DNA of 63,912 nt, filler included, from Octopus bimaculoides (taxonomy: Eukaryota): the NCBI RefSeq assembly GCF_001194135.2. It is 7 parts of 7 records of this genome, joined end to end, with 100 filler letters (N's around TTAATTAATTAA, not from the genome) between each part and the next. Parts side by side here need not be neighbours in the genome. Positions count along the whole stretch, not along the records: positions 27,916 to 42,110 come from NC_068998.1; positions 42,211 to 51,338 come from NC_068992.1; positions 51,439 to 57,543 come from NC_068991.1; 4 more parts are not named here. One strand, 5' to 3'. The notes beneath the pieces are model-generated. The model searched no databases. It was given only the letters and a program-made list of their open reading frames with translations, and was not told the origin of the DNA. The position numbers were made by a program, and so were the translations under genes. Positions 40,007 through 53,318 of this stretch are shown here, piece after piece (within the stretch, counting starts at the first letter, position 1; each line of letters opens with the position of its first letter).

Positions 40007-41810
40007 GCAAAGTCGACCTAGAAAAGATGAAAAGCAAAGCCGACCCCGGTGAAATTTGAATTCAGAACTGAAAGACGGACAAAATGCCGTTAAATATTTC
40101 ACCCAGCGTTCTAACGATTCTGCTCGCTCACCCACTTAATTCATATTTAAATATTACTCTTTAGCTTTTAACACTTGCAAAGCTGCTGTTGTTACTGCCT
40201 CAGTTAATTTTTTTCCTTGCAACTCGTGTAGTACGAAAGTCTATCATTACGAATGTATTCGTTTGTAGAATTGTCATACTTTTCTGTGTTTCTCTGTCGT
40301 GTCTCTATCAGTAATTACATCAGCGTGTTTAGTTAGAATGTTTTTTCTATTTCTCTTTTATTTTTAAAACTGTACATTTGCTTTCACAGCTATTAGAATC
40401 TTTCTCGAAATTCTTATACCGCTTTCGCTTTTGAAGTCAGTACCTCTAATTGTTATCACAATTGTTTGAAGCATTGAAACATAAGAAACCGGTTGTTTAC
40501 AAAATATAATGTAAACATTTTCAACCACAAACTACTCCATAGCAAAGTATACAGAATGAACACATATTTTTTCAAAGATCTGTGGGCAAAATATTCGATA
40601 AAGAAAAATCTTAATGAAATTCGATTAACATCCAATTTGCTCAGAGCCAGCAATAGAGATGTTTATACAAGCCAAACCCATCCTCTCAGTACCACTTGAA
40701 CACAGAGATCGATGTAATCGACCATCCCTTTCCCTTCAAAATTGCTGGATTTGAACCCTGCAACTGATCAGTGTCCCTTTCAGGGAGAAATGCTGATATC
40801 CTTATCATTATACGCCATGGAACCCTGGTACCCGGTCTCATAGGGTTCGAGACCATCGCTTGAAATGGAAGAACCTGGAAAAGGTTTTATCAAAGGATTC
40901 TGAATCCAAAGAAATCTTGGCAATGTGTAGTACAATATGTTTTCCTTTGACCTGGGGGGAACATATGAAAGCGTGTATCAAATCCTAAAAATTGTGGAGG
41001 AAAACAAGGAGAGTTAGGCTGTCACAAAACTACTCATAGGGTGGCTCCGCAGCGCACGGGACAACATACATGAGAGGTGGTGAAAGACATCACCAATATC
41101 TCTCACAAGAACACGCAATGGTGGTGTATTTGATCCTTGGCTCGATGTCTTCTTTGTAGGATATCAGAAGAAGGTAACGAATGTCGAGATGACAGTAAAA
41201 AATATAGTGGAGTACAGTCGTTGGACATGTAAGGTTTTATACCCTGACATTCCCAAAGACCACAAAACAATTCATCTCGAAACTGCTTCGAATTATGAAT
41301 GAATAGAAAATTCAATAAGCCTGGTGATGCAGGACGAAAAGCCTGAATGTTAGTCGTTTGTAGGTAAGAGATACTTGAGAACTGTTTGTGTAGAAGGTGT
41401 AGGAAAGAAAACTTAAGAGGTAAAGAGAGTAGTTATACAAGAAGCATCAGCAGAGGATCCCAGAAGTTGATGCTTTCAAAGCTCTACCAATTTCACAAGC
41501 GATTACAGTTTCAAGTATAGCGAAAGAAATCGCCTCGTCCTTAGTGTCAGAAACCGACAACCAGGGGCTCCGTCTGTCGACTAAAATCAGAATTACCAAC
41601 TCTTTTGTAAGAATATGAAGGATATGGAGAATAAGTAAGGGTAACTTGTCGAAACGTGCGAAGATGAATGCATCACCATTTAGGATGTTCTGAAGTCTAC
41701 TATGCTTTTTAATTCCTCATAATTGCAAATCAACAACTAACGAACTATTTAAGCGAACTGTAAAACAAAAGGAAAAGATAGAGTGCAGATATAAGAGGAG
41801 AGAGGTTCGA

Positions 41811-41814
<4 letters not shown>

Positions 41815-41894
<80 letters not shown>

Positions 41895-42110
41895 TTATGT
41901 TTGACTTTTGCTCTGCATTTGTACAAGTTGGATCCAAGTCTCACCCAGAGACCTCAAGAGACAACAAGTTAGAAGTTCATGTAGGTGTTATGCCTAGGGT
42001 ACCATATATTTGGATTTGTACATAGTGTTGTTCTAGAGAATGTTTAAAAAACCATAAGAGAATTATGTGTTTGTTTTAAAATTTGAGATCACATAGATAG
42101 TATTTTACGT
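41815..42110 (-). mobile_element. R4/Dong-type 3' end plus (AAT)n tail (5' part in gap)
   Basis: The minus strand reads ...RKILSM*, then a 3' UTR with GAGGTCTCTGGGTGAGACTTGG, then CAAACATAAAAT(AAT)n. Confidence 0.65.
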
Positions 42111-42217
42111 NNNNNNNNNNNNNNNNNNNNNNNNNNNNNNNNNNNNNNNNNNNNTTAATTAATTAANNNNNNNNNNNNNNNNNNNNNNNNNNNNNNNNNN
42201 NNNNNNNNNNTATATAA

Positions 42218-42512
42218 TCGGCACTCCGTTGATTACGATAACGAGAGTTCCATTTGATCTTATCAGCGGAACTGCTTGCTCGTGAAATTAACGTACAAGT
42301 GGCTGAGCACCCCGCAGACGTGAACCCTTACGTAATTCTCAGAGAAATTCAGCATGATACAAAGTGTGACAGGGTTGGCTCTTTGAAATACACGTACTAC
42401 TCATTTTGTCCAGTTGAGTGGACTGGAGCAACGTGAAATAAAGTCTCTTGGAGACAAGGCATCGCCGGGAATTGAACTCACGACCTTACGATCATGAGCC
42501 GAATACCCTAAC
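42218..42512 (-). mobile_element. tRNA-derived SINE, family C
   Basis: Minus head GTAGCTTTATGGTTAGGGTATTCGGCTC...GAGTTCAATTCCCGG has A/B-box-like motifs. The body TTGCTCCAGTCCACTC and its 3' part match 63675-63863. Confidence 0.85.
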
Positions 42513-42639
42513 CATAAAGCTACTTATATATATATATATATATACACTATACACACACGCACGCACACACACACACACACACACATACACATACACACAT
42601 ATATATACTCGTATACATATACATATATACATGTGCATA

Positions 42640-43500
42640 TACGATTATCTGACAAAACTAATGCCACTTGGGCAAAATTCTTTGGTATGGAACTGACGGT
42701 ACCCTTAGTGCGCATATGCGAACATCTTCACGTCGGTAGGCCGCGTCAGTTCCCAGCTGTTCCACCTACAGTACAGAGGAATTTTTGTTTTTATGCCGGG
42801 CGGAGCGCATCGACCAGAGATATTACACCAAATTTTGTCAAAAGCTTGCTGATACTCAAGGTCAAACCATCCAGAAGATTTAGGAGGCCTTTGACGATGA
42901 TGATATGGGAAAAACCTGAAATCAAAGAGGGGTACAACCGCTTCAAATCTGGCAGCATCTCAGTGAAGAGCGAGGCACGCTCAGGTGGGCGATGCACCAA
43001 CCGAAATGAGGAGCTTATTGATAAGGTTCGGTGAATAATCATGGAACACCGTCGTGTAACAACCCAGGGAACTATTCACAAAGTTGGATTAAGCATAGGA
43101 TCAGTGATTTCATTTAAACCGAGTATTTGCGCATACGGAGAGTGTTGACAAAGAAATAAAGTCGGACACTTTTAAAACGCACCTCGTAATCCAAGTTTTC
43201 CAGGTCAAGAACAACACATCCCTTGTTTGACAGGTTCACTACTCTCCCGACCGTGTGACTTCCCAAACTGAAAACTATTTTGAAAGGGAAGTGATTTGAG
43301 TCGCGAAAAGAAATTATGCGAAAAGCGACGGCAGGATTATATAGCATTTCAGAGATGGCTTTCCAGGGGTGTTACTAGCAGTGGTAGAACAGTTAGAAAA
43401 AGATTGAGAACTCCCATGGTGATTAAATAAAGTTCGTGATATATACAAAACTGCTTTTTTCTTATGCTCAAAAGCCGGATACTTTTGAAAGCACCTCGTA
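42640..43500 (+). mobile_element. Rearranged, internally deleted mariner with two right-hand TIRs
   Basis: HTH relic (...QGQTIQKI*EAF...YNRFKSG...EARSG), then TIR CGGACACTTTTAAAACGCACCTCG|TA at 43163-43188, a C-terminal relic (YSP..CDF.PKLK..LKG), and a second TIR CCGGATACTTTTGAAAGCACCTCG|TA at 43475-43500. Confidence 0.75.
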
Positions 43501-43568
43501 TGTATACCACTTAAGCAAGTGATTGAATGTTTTCCAATACTGACCACACTATTTGTTACCAGATTCAG

Positions 43569-43606
<38 letters not shown>

Positions 43607-43629
43607 CTGAACCTTTATATATATGCATG

Positions 43630-44070
43630 TTTGTATGTAATTATTCAGTTTTATTTCAACATTTCTTACCAATAGAAAAAGAGCCGGTCTATAACCCAGA
43701 TCCAAGTCTCTGTCATTGGAATTTCAGCATCAACAAGGTATTTTTGTATGTATGTATGTATGTATGTATGTATGTATGTATGCATGTATGTATCTATGTA
43801 TTTTCATGCATGTAGTTTTAAATCTCTAGATATGCTCACATATACTTAAATGACAAACTTCTAGAAAGTTTTACAGATTTTACAGTTCCAGTGATGGATT
43901 GGGTTTGTAGTCATCGAATTTGCTTTCTTCTTTCTGGCTTTGAGAAGCCTAATTTCTCAAGATTGGTATGTTGCATATCTCAGTGCCCCAATAATTACAG
44001 GTATAAATCTGAACTAGTAATCTGGATAGAATAACTCCAAATTTCTCAATAGTCCAACGTAGGCGTTTTC
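43630..44070 (-). mobile_element. R4/Dong-type 3' end, relative of the 4490-5245 element
   Basis: Minus YVGLLRNLELFYPDY*FRFIPVIIGAL...LQTQSITGTVKICKTF. The 3' UTR (GAGCCGG(T)CT...CATTGGAA) resembles 5160-5240. ACAT-like flanks on both sides. Confidence 0.8.
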
Positions 44071-44801
44071 TTAGTATATATGTATGCATATATGTATGTA
44101 TGTATTATGCATATATGTGTGTGTGAATGAGTGCGTGTGTGCGCGCGCGTAGCGTGTGTGTAAATGCACACATATCTTTCCAGAAGGTTTCTTTCACGAT
44201 TGCCCTGATTTGCTCGAAACGCTAAATTTATTTCGTATAAGATCATAATAATACTTATATCCATTGTTTATATATCTCATCTGATTTATGGCGACGTATT
44301 TTTCAACAAAATTCTTGATATAACAATTATTTGCTTGAATCTGTAGTAGACTTTCCTACTTCAAATATAGATATAATAAAATTAGTAAATGATTAAAGCT
44401 GATGTAATGTGCTGCGAAAGGATAACATAGGAATGAGATTGAGTTCGTTTTCTTATCTACTTCAAGCAATTCAAAGCACAAGATCTGTTTATCAGTTGAA
44501 CAGATTAGTTTTCTCATAAGAAAAATGTATCTCTTTCTTAATCAAACATATATTAACAAGTAACATGATGCCGCTTACGTACCAACACATATTCACAAAG
44601 ATATGTAGACGCCAGGTCGATAAACACGTCATGTGTCGACTATATATGCAGGCATACTTACATATTTATATAAAGAGAATGAGAAACAGAGAGAGAGAGA
44701 GAGAGAGCAATACCTACAGAGAGACTGACAGACAGGCAAACAGACAGCAAGGTAGACATACAGAGAGACAGACAGCGAGACGGACAGACATACAGACAGA
44801 C

Positions 44802-44860
<59 letters not shown>

Positions 44861-45139
44861 GAGATAGATAGATAGACAGACAGTTAAATAGAAAGAAAGA
44901 AAAGTAAATAGATTGATAGTTAGACAGACAGACAGACAGACGGATAGATAGATAGATAGATTCGAGTAAAGTCATGTTTGACACGTTCAATTGTTATCAG
45001 CCATGATAAAACCCGACATTGCAAGAATATGTTCTGAGAGAAAATTCTGCATGTAGACATGTGTAGGTATACATTTTGCACACACAGACACACACAAACA
45101 CAAACACTTGCGCGCGCGCACCGACACACACATACACAC

Positions 45140-45194
<55 letters not shown>

Positions 45195-45671
45195 CGTAAA
45201 TGTCGAACAATAAAAATGAGTGCTCGACACCGCATTAGTGGATACAATTTCTTTATTTGTGCATTAAGGTTCCCATTGGTTTCAAGCTAAGAAAAGTAGG
45301 AAAATATCTAATGATTTAACAATTTTTCAAGCCGATCACATGGAGAAAGGCGTTCGCTTCTGTTTTAGAAAACAGTCTCGTGTAGCTCATGGGTGTTCTC
45401 GTGCATTCGTGTGAATCAAGGGACGTTACGCTTGTGTGGTATTTTGGGATGTTTGTCTCCCTTGGGTTTGTCTTTTGGGAAAATTTTTTGTGTGGTTAGT
45501 TTGTTTACATTATATTGTTATTGTTCTGGGCATGGTGTTCTTATACTTGTGTGCTGAAGTAATTCGTCATTGGGGCATTTTTTCTTTGTGTGAGGTTTGT
45601 GTACTATGTGTATTCACGTTTAGGAGTGGAGTGCTTTACTGGTGGAGTTACCGTCGCGAATAGGGGCTCTT

Positions 45672-47400
45672 CTTTGAAATATTTTAGTGTAATAAATATT
45701 GTTTGTGTATGCAGGGAGAGAAGGTTTCATTCCTAATGTTCTGAATGTTATCTGTTGATTGTATAATGTTTGGTATCCCACCCTCTGTATTTTTTGGCTT
45801 TAGCAATAATTTTCCATTCTGTTTGGGGGATGCTTATTCTACGTTCTTTCAATGTCCATATCATATTTGACAGGGATATTGCATGTTTTTTCTTTTGTCT
45901 CTGAATAATGCCAGATGTTGTGTATACCTTTCCTTGAAAGAGTTCTCCGTCATTCCGATATATGTCTTTGCTATTTCGTTGGGGTCCGTGATCTTGGCCT
46001 TGTATACGAGTTCTTTCTCGAGACAATTGTCGTTTAGAGGATAGCGGTTTGGGGATCTGAAGTTGCATTGTATTTCGGGTGTGTTTCTGGTGTGTTTATG
46101 TTTATTGTCATTGAGTATTATTGAAAATATAGTGGGGAGGCAACTATAGCTAACTTTAACAGTATTTCTGTTGAAGATCTTGTGGTATTTGTGTGAATGT
46201 GGAAAATGGCTGTCTATTAGTTTTAGGAATTTCCTAGCTATGTTAGTAGCTATATTCATGCTATAAGGTGGATTGAACCATAAGATTTTCCCTGCCAACG
46301 TCTTCTTGGTCTATTTATATTTGGTTCTATGTAGTATATGCTATTCCTGAAGTTGGACCTTCTAATGCAGCATAATAACATGGGGTGGCTTTTTCAAATG
46401 TGTTTTTGTCGACTGATAAATTGAAGATGCGCCTGCTAATGTTAACCGTTTGTTTAATTACTGCAGGTGTGTGGTTGGAACCTGTGTCTATGTACAAGGC
46501 TTCCTCGTTTTGCTTGTGGTAAGGTTTAAATTTTCCTGTGTTAAGATTCATGTTAATGTCTAGGATGTTGACTTCTTTAATATTTGTACTAATTGTGGTT
46601 CTTAGGCCTAATTGGCTAAATATTTTGTATAATTGTTTCCTTATTCTGTCCATATCATATGCATTTTTATTGTGTACTACTCCCAGGCCATCATCCCTAT
46701 ATAAACCTATGTTAGCTTTTTGTAGTTCTTTTTTTAAGGGCATCTAGGATATTATAGCCTACAAGGTCAGCTATCTCTACACCGTCATAGCTCCCCATTG
46801 CCACGTCAAATAACTCGTCTCCGTTCTTTTTTATCCGAAAGAATTATCATGAAAGAGTAATGTCTTCCTGGCATTCATAATTATATCATTATTGGTAATT
46901 GCTATAGTGACATTTGTTTTACTAAATTCAAGTGCCTTCTAAAGCAAGTGTTTGGAGATCGCGAGGTAGAACTACGTTATTGAACTGTATAAATTTGTAT
47001 TTGGGTTTATCTCCTATTTTCTTAAACCATTCAATAGTTGCTCTACTGCATATCCATTGAGTAAGATTTGAGTGTGCTCTGATATGTCGTATAACATTAT
47101 CTAATATGGATTTACTAATAATTCCTATTTCACTTTTTATGGGACTTATTACCTTGGGTGAAGATATTTTTATGGTCTCTGAGAGTTATAAAAGGATCCC
47201 ATGAGATAAGCTTTTCTACACTGTCTTCTATTTCAAAATTTATGGTTAGATATTTTGCTTCTATTTAAATTGAATTATAAGCGGTGGGTTTTGTTTTCTT
47301 GTATGTTTTAGTTATGTTGTCGGTTAGTAACTTGTTGTGTGTTTGGTTGTTTATTTCAAATAAATTTTTTGTTTTATCTGCTTTGATAAACGCGTTCGTT
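45672..47400 (-). mobile_element. Penelope-like element: RT plus C-terminal GIY-YIG endonuclease, degenerate; 5' end in gap
   Basis: KFIQF, LFDVAMGSYDGVEIADLVG, GLYRDDGL, YIDTGSNH, ILWFNPPYS, KIFNRNTVKVSYSC, LVYKAKI...TYIGMTENSFKERYTQH (GIY-YIG), ending NETFSPCIHK. Confidence 0.92.
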
Positions 47401-47614
47401 GNNNNNNNNNNNNNNNNNNNNNNNNNNNNNNNNNNNNNNNNNNNNNNNNNNNNNNNNNNNNNNNNNNNNNNNNNNNNNNNNNNNNNNNNNNNNNNNNNNN
47501 NNNNNNNNNNNNNNNNNNNNNNNNNNNNNNNNNNNNNNNNNNNNNNNNNNNNNNNNNNNNNNNNNNNNNNNNNNNNNNNNNNACACACACACACACACAT
47601 GTATATATATATAT

Positions 47615-47995
47615 AGTCTTCACCGAGGCAATGACTAGTGACCGAGACATTTGGAAATATGCAGTGCGTGAGAAGACACAGCAAGCCAAGTGAGATCATA
47701 ATCCGTGGCCTCTGCCAGGGGTGTAGCCAGCCCACTTATGCGTACCTTTCCTCCATTGGACACTAAACTCTGGTTGCGAGGACCTGTTGAGGCAAGTTAA
47801 ATTGAAATCGAACCAAACTCGATGACTGGCACCCATGCCAACCTTTCCTTCATTGGACACTAAACTCTGCTTGCGACGACCTGTTGGGGCAAGTGAAATC
47901 GAAATCGTAATAGAACCAAATTCGATGACTGGCACCTGTGCCAGTGGAGCGCTAACAGCACCGTCCGAGCGTGATCATTGCCAGAGCAGCTGTCT
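47615..47995 (+). mobile_element. RTE-type LINE 3' fragment (ORF2 end plus 3' UTR with ~90-bp internal duplication)
   Basis: Reverse-complement match to ~61450-61730. CATTGGACACTAAACTCTG...GATGACTGGCACC occurs twice in tandem. Confidence 0.82.
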
Positions 47996-50249
47996 GAAAA
48001 ATTTCTGAAAAAAGAAGTAATAAAAGAATTTACGCTGTCAACATATTTAAATTATCAGTTTCTTAACAAACCCTATATAAGGTGAAAGCATACTTTCTTT
48101 ATTAAAATGAATAAGAGAATATATCTAACCGTACATATTTCTGCATATATATATATATATATATANNNNNNNNNNNNNNNNNNNNNNNNNNNNNNNNNNN
48201 NNNNNNNNNNNNNNNNNNNNNNNNNNNNNNNNNNNNNNNNNNNNNNNNNNNNNNNNNNNNNNNNNNNNNNNNNNNNNNNNNNNNNNNNNNNNNNNNNNNN
48301 NNNNNNNNNNNNNNNNNNNNNNNNNNNNNNNNNNNNNNNNNNNNNNNNNNNNNNNNNNNNNNNNNNNNNNNNNNNNNNNNNNNNNNNNNNNNNNNNNNNN
48401 NNNNNNNNNNNNNNNNNNNNNNNNNNNNNNNNNNNNNNNNNNNNNNNNNNNNNNNNNNNNNNNNNNNNNNNNNNNNNNNNNNNNNNNNNNNNNNNNNNNN
48501 NNNNNNNNNNNNNNNNNNNNNNNNNNNNNNNNNNNNNNNNNNNNNNNNNNNNNNNNNNNNNNNNNNNNNNNNNNNNNNNNNNNNNNNNNNNNNNNNNNNN
48601 NNNNNNNNNNNNNNNNNNNNNNNNNNNNNNNNNNNNNNNNNNNNNNNNNNNNNNNNNNNNNNNNNNNNNNNNNNNNNNNNNNNNNNNNNNNNNNNNNNNN
48701 NNNNNNNNNNNNNNNNNNNNNNNNNNNNNNNNNNNNNNNNNNNNNNNNNNNNNNNNNNNNNNNNNNNNNNNNNNNNNNNNNNNNNNNNNNNNNNNNNNNN
48801 NNNNNNNNNNNNNNNNNNNNNNNNNNNNNNNNNNNNNNNNNNNNNNNNNNNNNNNNNNNNNNNNNNNNNNNNNNNNNNNNNNNNNNNNNNNNNNNNNNNN
48901 NNNNNNNNNNNNNNNNNNNNNNNNNNNNNNNNNNNNNNNNNNNNNNNNNNNNNNNNNNNNNNNNNNNNNNNNNNNNNATATATATACATACTTACATATT
49001 TGTTTGTGTGTGTGTGTGTGTGTGTGAAGGAGAGAGTGTGTAGGAATATTATAACGTGAATATCTGGAACTGTGTATAGAGATTTGAATGAAATATATTG
49101 AAACAGAATAATGAGACAGTATACATTAACTGAATGGGCTCTGAGAAACGTTACAGAGAGAGGAGGGAGAGGGGAGAGATAGAGGGAGATAGAGAGAGTG
49201 GGGAAGACACAGAGAGAGGAAGAGTGAGACAGACAGACAGACACAGACAGATTTAGCTTCATAGAGTAACAGAGGCACAGACAGACACAGAGACAGAAAG
49301 ACAGAGACAGACTTACAAAGACAGGATGACAAATATTGAGAGGAAGCTTGAATTGGGGTCTAATCAATATAAGTAAAGGATTTCAATCTGAAATCTGTTG
49401 ACGACCATTAGAGAGTCAAACTGTAAGAGATCAAAATACACGGATTCAGTGCGTGTATAGCACGCACACACATACACAGACATACACACACATAGACAGC
49501 ACATACACATGCACACACGCACACATACACACATACACACGCAGACATGCACACACGCACACACACAATGCACACACATACACACACACATACACACACA
49601 ATATGCACACACACAATATGCACACACACAATACACACACACAATACACATACATATATATACACATGCACACACACACACACACACACATATATACATA
49701 TACACAAACGCACACACACATATAGTCTTACAATGTATCACATCAAATTAGTACCTGCGATATAAATAGATTTAGTTATGTAAATAAATACGCAATAAAC
49801 CTAACTACAGGCACACACGCACACACACAGACGCACACAGACACACACACACACACACACACACAAGCATAATGATTCATGCAATGCGACGGTTGTTCAC
49901 GTATACACACACACGGAGGTGCGCGTGCGTAAATATAGAAACCACCTTCCTTTCACACATGTGTGTTCAGTAACTAATGATTAAAGAAAATAAATATGTG
50001 ATCAATTGATTTTCTTGAAAACTCAAATGGCTGTTGTTGTTGTTGTTGTTGTTGTTGTTGTGNNNNNNNNNNNNNNNNNNNNNNNNNNNNNNNNNNNNNN
50101 NNNNNNNNNNNNNNNNNNNNNNNNNNNNNNNNNNNNNNNNNNNNNNNNNNNNNNNNNNNNNNNNNNNNNNNNNNNNNNNNNNNNNNNNNNNNNNNNNNNN
50201 NNNNNNNNNNNNNNNNNNNNNNNNNNNNNNNNNNNNNNNNNNNNNGTTG

Positions 50250-50299
<50 letters not shown>

Positions 50300-51297
50300 T
50301 GTAAGCATGTAGATACGCGTGTGATTATTTTGTTTTGTATAAAAATACAAGTCAATGATTTCTCAAGAGAAAACTTGTTGGAATGGAAAAAAAGAAAAAA
50401 ACCCAGAAAACAGCAAACTGACAGCAGAGATAGTCCACGACGCAATTCGAATATCTCCACTTACCCAAATAATCAATAAGGATCATGATTGGGTGATTGA
50501 GATCTTAAAATATCTTTTACTCGATGACCATCTCTATAGATATATATATGGGAATGTCAAATCAATTGACACGCACACATATTTATGCATATATATGTGC
50601 ATATATATATATGTTTTATTGTCCTCCATTGCGCTTTTGTTCCATTTTATATTTATATATACATATATCGGCGTACGTACGCACTTGTACTCACCTCATA
50701 GTAAGTACGTATCTAAATTTTGTCCCCCTCATATTTTCTTCTTCTTTTCTTTTTCTCGCTCCCCCACTTTCTCACATTTCTTGGCCCTCTCTTTCCTTAA
50801 CTTTTCCTTAACTTTTCCTCCTCGTTTATCTCCCCTGTACCTTTCCCTTTGTCTCTGATTTTTTTCTAATCCTTCAATCCCGCTGCCTCCTACCACTCTC
50901 TCCTCTTTCCACGTGATCGGTGTCCGGCCAGCCACGATCTTTCTTTCTTGGTCTGACTGCCGACGCCAACACCTCTTATGTCCATTTCCTATGTTCCTGC
51001 CTTTAGGCTTTCACCTCATACACGCCAGATCAATTTGATTCGTTCTCAGTCAAAAGACACCTGTTGTTATATTCTTGTTGTTTGTATTTGTAAGTGTGCA
51101 CCATGTTCTCTGTCTTTTGTCTTTGTTGCCGTACACATTCGCTAGCTTTCTTACAAAAAGTCTAATGCTCTTAGCTTAGACTTTTATGGGAGCAACCTGA
51201 TCGAACTGTTCTACATATATATATATATATAATCGACTTAATCCCTTTGTCTGTCCTTATTTGTCCCTCTATGTTTAGCCCCATGTAGGCAATAAAG

Positions 51298-51338
<41 letters not shown>

Positions 51339-52826
51339 NNNNNNNNNNNNNNNNNNNNNNNNNNNNNNNNNNNNNNNNNNNNTTAATTAATTAANNNNNN
51401 NNNNNNNNNNNNNNNNNNNNNNNNNNNNNNNNNNNNNNTATATATATATATATATATATGTTTGTGTGTGTGTGTGTATGACACGCACAAATGCTCGCAA
51501 GAAGGAGAACATACATCTAAATACACTACGGCTATCGTTCCGATACATTTCCCTCGTAGGATGATGAAAAAAGTGTGAGGAGAAAATGAAGAGCGGTAGA
51601 GGTTGAGTATAACGAAATATGAAGAGATGGAGGAAACAGCGAGAAACTGAATGAAGTTAGAGGATGTTTGAGTGTGCGTTCTTATTCCCAAGAATGAGAA
51701 CAGATGTGCAGTTATGCGTATGCTTGCTAGTAAGAAGGAGCTTGCTGCAAGTGTGCGAAATATTTATACGTATGTGTATCGGGCATATATTCCACATATT
51801 AATTTTTCCGTCTGCTTAACCCTTAATTAAACGTAGTTTTCTTGAAATTTTCGAGTGACAATTACAATGTTTTCTCTTCTTTCGATCGTGAGTGAGAGCG
51901 AGCTTAGTGTTGCAGTCGTTTTGCTAATTCAAACTACATTCTGTATCTAGGTTGGCCTTACGAACTATATCACTAATAGACACACAGATATTATCTAAAT
52001 ATATTTATCCCTTCCCGTACCCTTCTCTTTCTTTTCTCTCTCTCTTACTCTCTTTACCAGTCACTGTTTTACTCGCTTCTGATTAGATTATATAATATTA
52101 ACTAATTGGTTGTATATTATCATACACATGTGCATTCTCATTTCATATCGCTTTAAAAGTCTTAGCGCCGAAATTCACGAACAAAGCTTTATTTATCTGT
52201 ATTAGGTAACTGAAAACTGGTAATTTTTCATGTCGTTCTCTCTGACTAATGTTATAGTTTGATAAGATGTATATGGTGGATGTATGTCTGTGCGGTTAGC
52301 TAAGGTTGCGAGTTAATGATTTTGTGAAACGAATAGAGGAGGAAGGAGAGAAAATCAGCTGTATGTGAATGGCCATTTTGGTGTCTCGCTTGGTTGATGT
52401 GTGTGTGTACTCACATTGCAGTTTTAGTCCTACTCCGTTTACAGTCAAGTCGTTTTGTGTCGAGTGCTGTAGCATTTTATTACAGTAACTGCTTATATCG
52501 GCATTTTTGCCAAGTAACGATGTAGTGGGATTACTCGGAGCTGATTTCGTGTGCCTCGTATGCTGTTTCTCGTTTATACAAATACATTTTATGTGCTAGA
52601 TTTCTTATGAAAATGTTTTTATTCTGCTTAGGGGAGAAGCTTGGGAGATTTTTTCGACAAAAGCAATAAAATATATAGATCGGCAACTTTCATCTGTTAG
52701 AAAGAGTTGGGGTTGTGTGGCGTTCATGCTTTCTATATAAAAAAAAATTAGGTACTGATTGGTTACCGGACCAGTTGAGTTTATATAAACTTCTTTCTCT
52801 GGTTCATATGCGATAGACATCTCTGA

Positions 52827-52857
<31 letters not shown>

Positions 52858-53318
52858 ACGAAAGAAAACTAGGTTCAGTGCACGAATTGATTTATTTGCA
52901 ACTATTACATTTTATTGTGACTTGAATATTGCTCTATATATGTATCGTACTTAGCTTTTAAGAGGCTTATCTCCGCCCTTTTAATAACGTTCATATAAAG
53001 CAAAACTGCTTGGCGAATTTTCCTTTTTATAACGATTTCGCAAAACAATCATTACGGTAATAATACTTTTATGTACACATGAAAGGTCAAATTTAACGGC
53101 ACTGTTGAGGAGTTCATGCTTTTCTAGAATCATTGCCAAACACAAGTGGGTCAATATTTTCTTGCAAAAGGCTAGTAAAGTTTAAGGGAATGACTTATCA
53201 ATTCGGTCAATTCCTGTACTAGGACTTATCATCGACCCTGAAGTATGAAAGGTAAAGTCGAACAAAGTCGAAACCTAAAGGGCCGTACCTAAATTATACT
53301 GAATGACATTTTGTCCGT

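Noticed and set aside
42460-42512. tRNA-like heads with A/B boxes (also at 1448, 28261, 33350)
   Set aside because: They lack a complete acceptor stem and continue into SINE bodies, so they are not tRNA genes.
46020-46075. Possible selenocysteine (TGA) recoding in the Penelope-like Cys linker
   Set aside because: The expected Cys positions are TGC, TTC, TAT and TGT; there is no in-frame TGA here.
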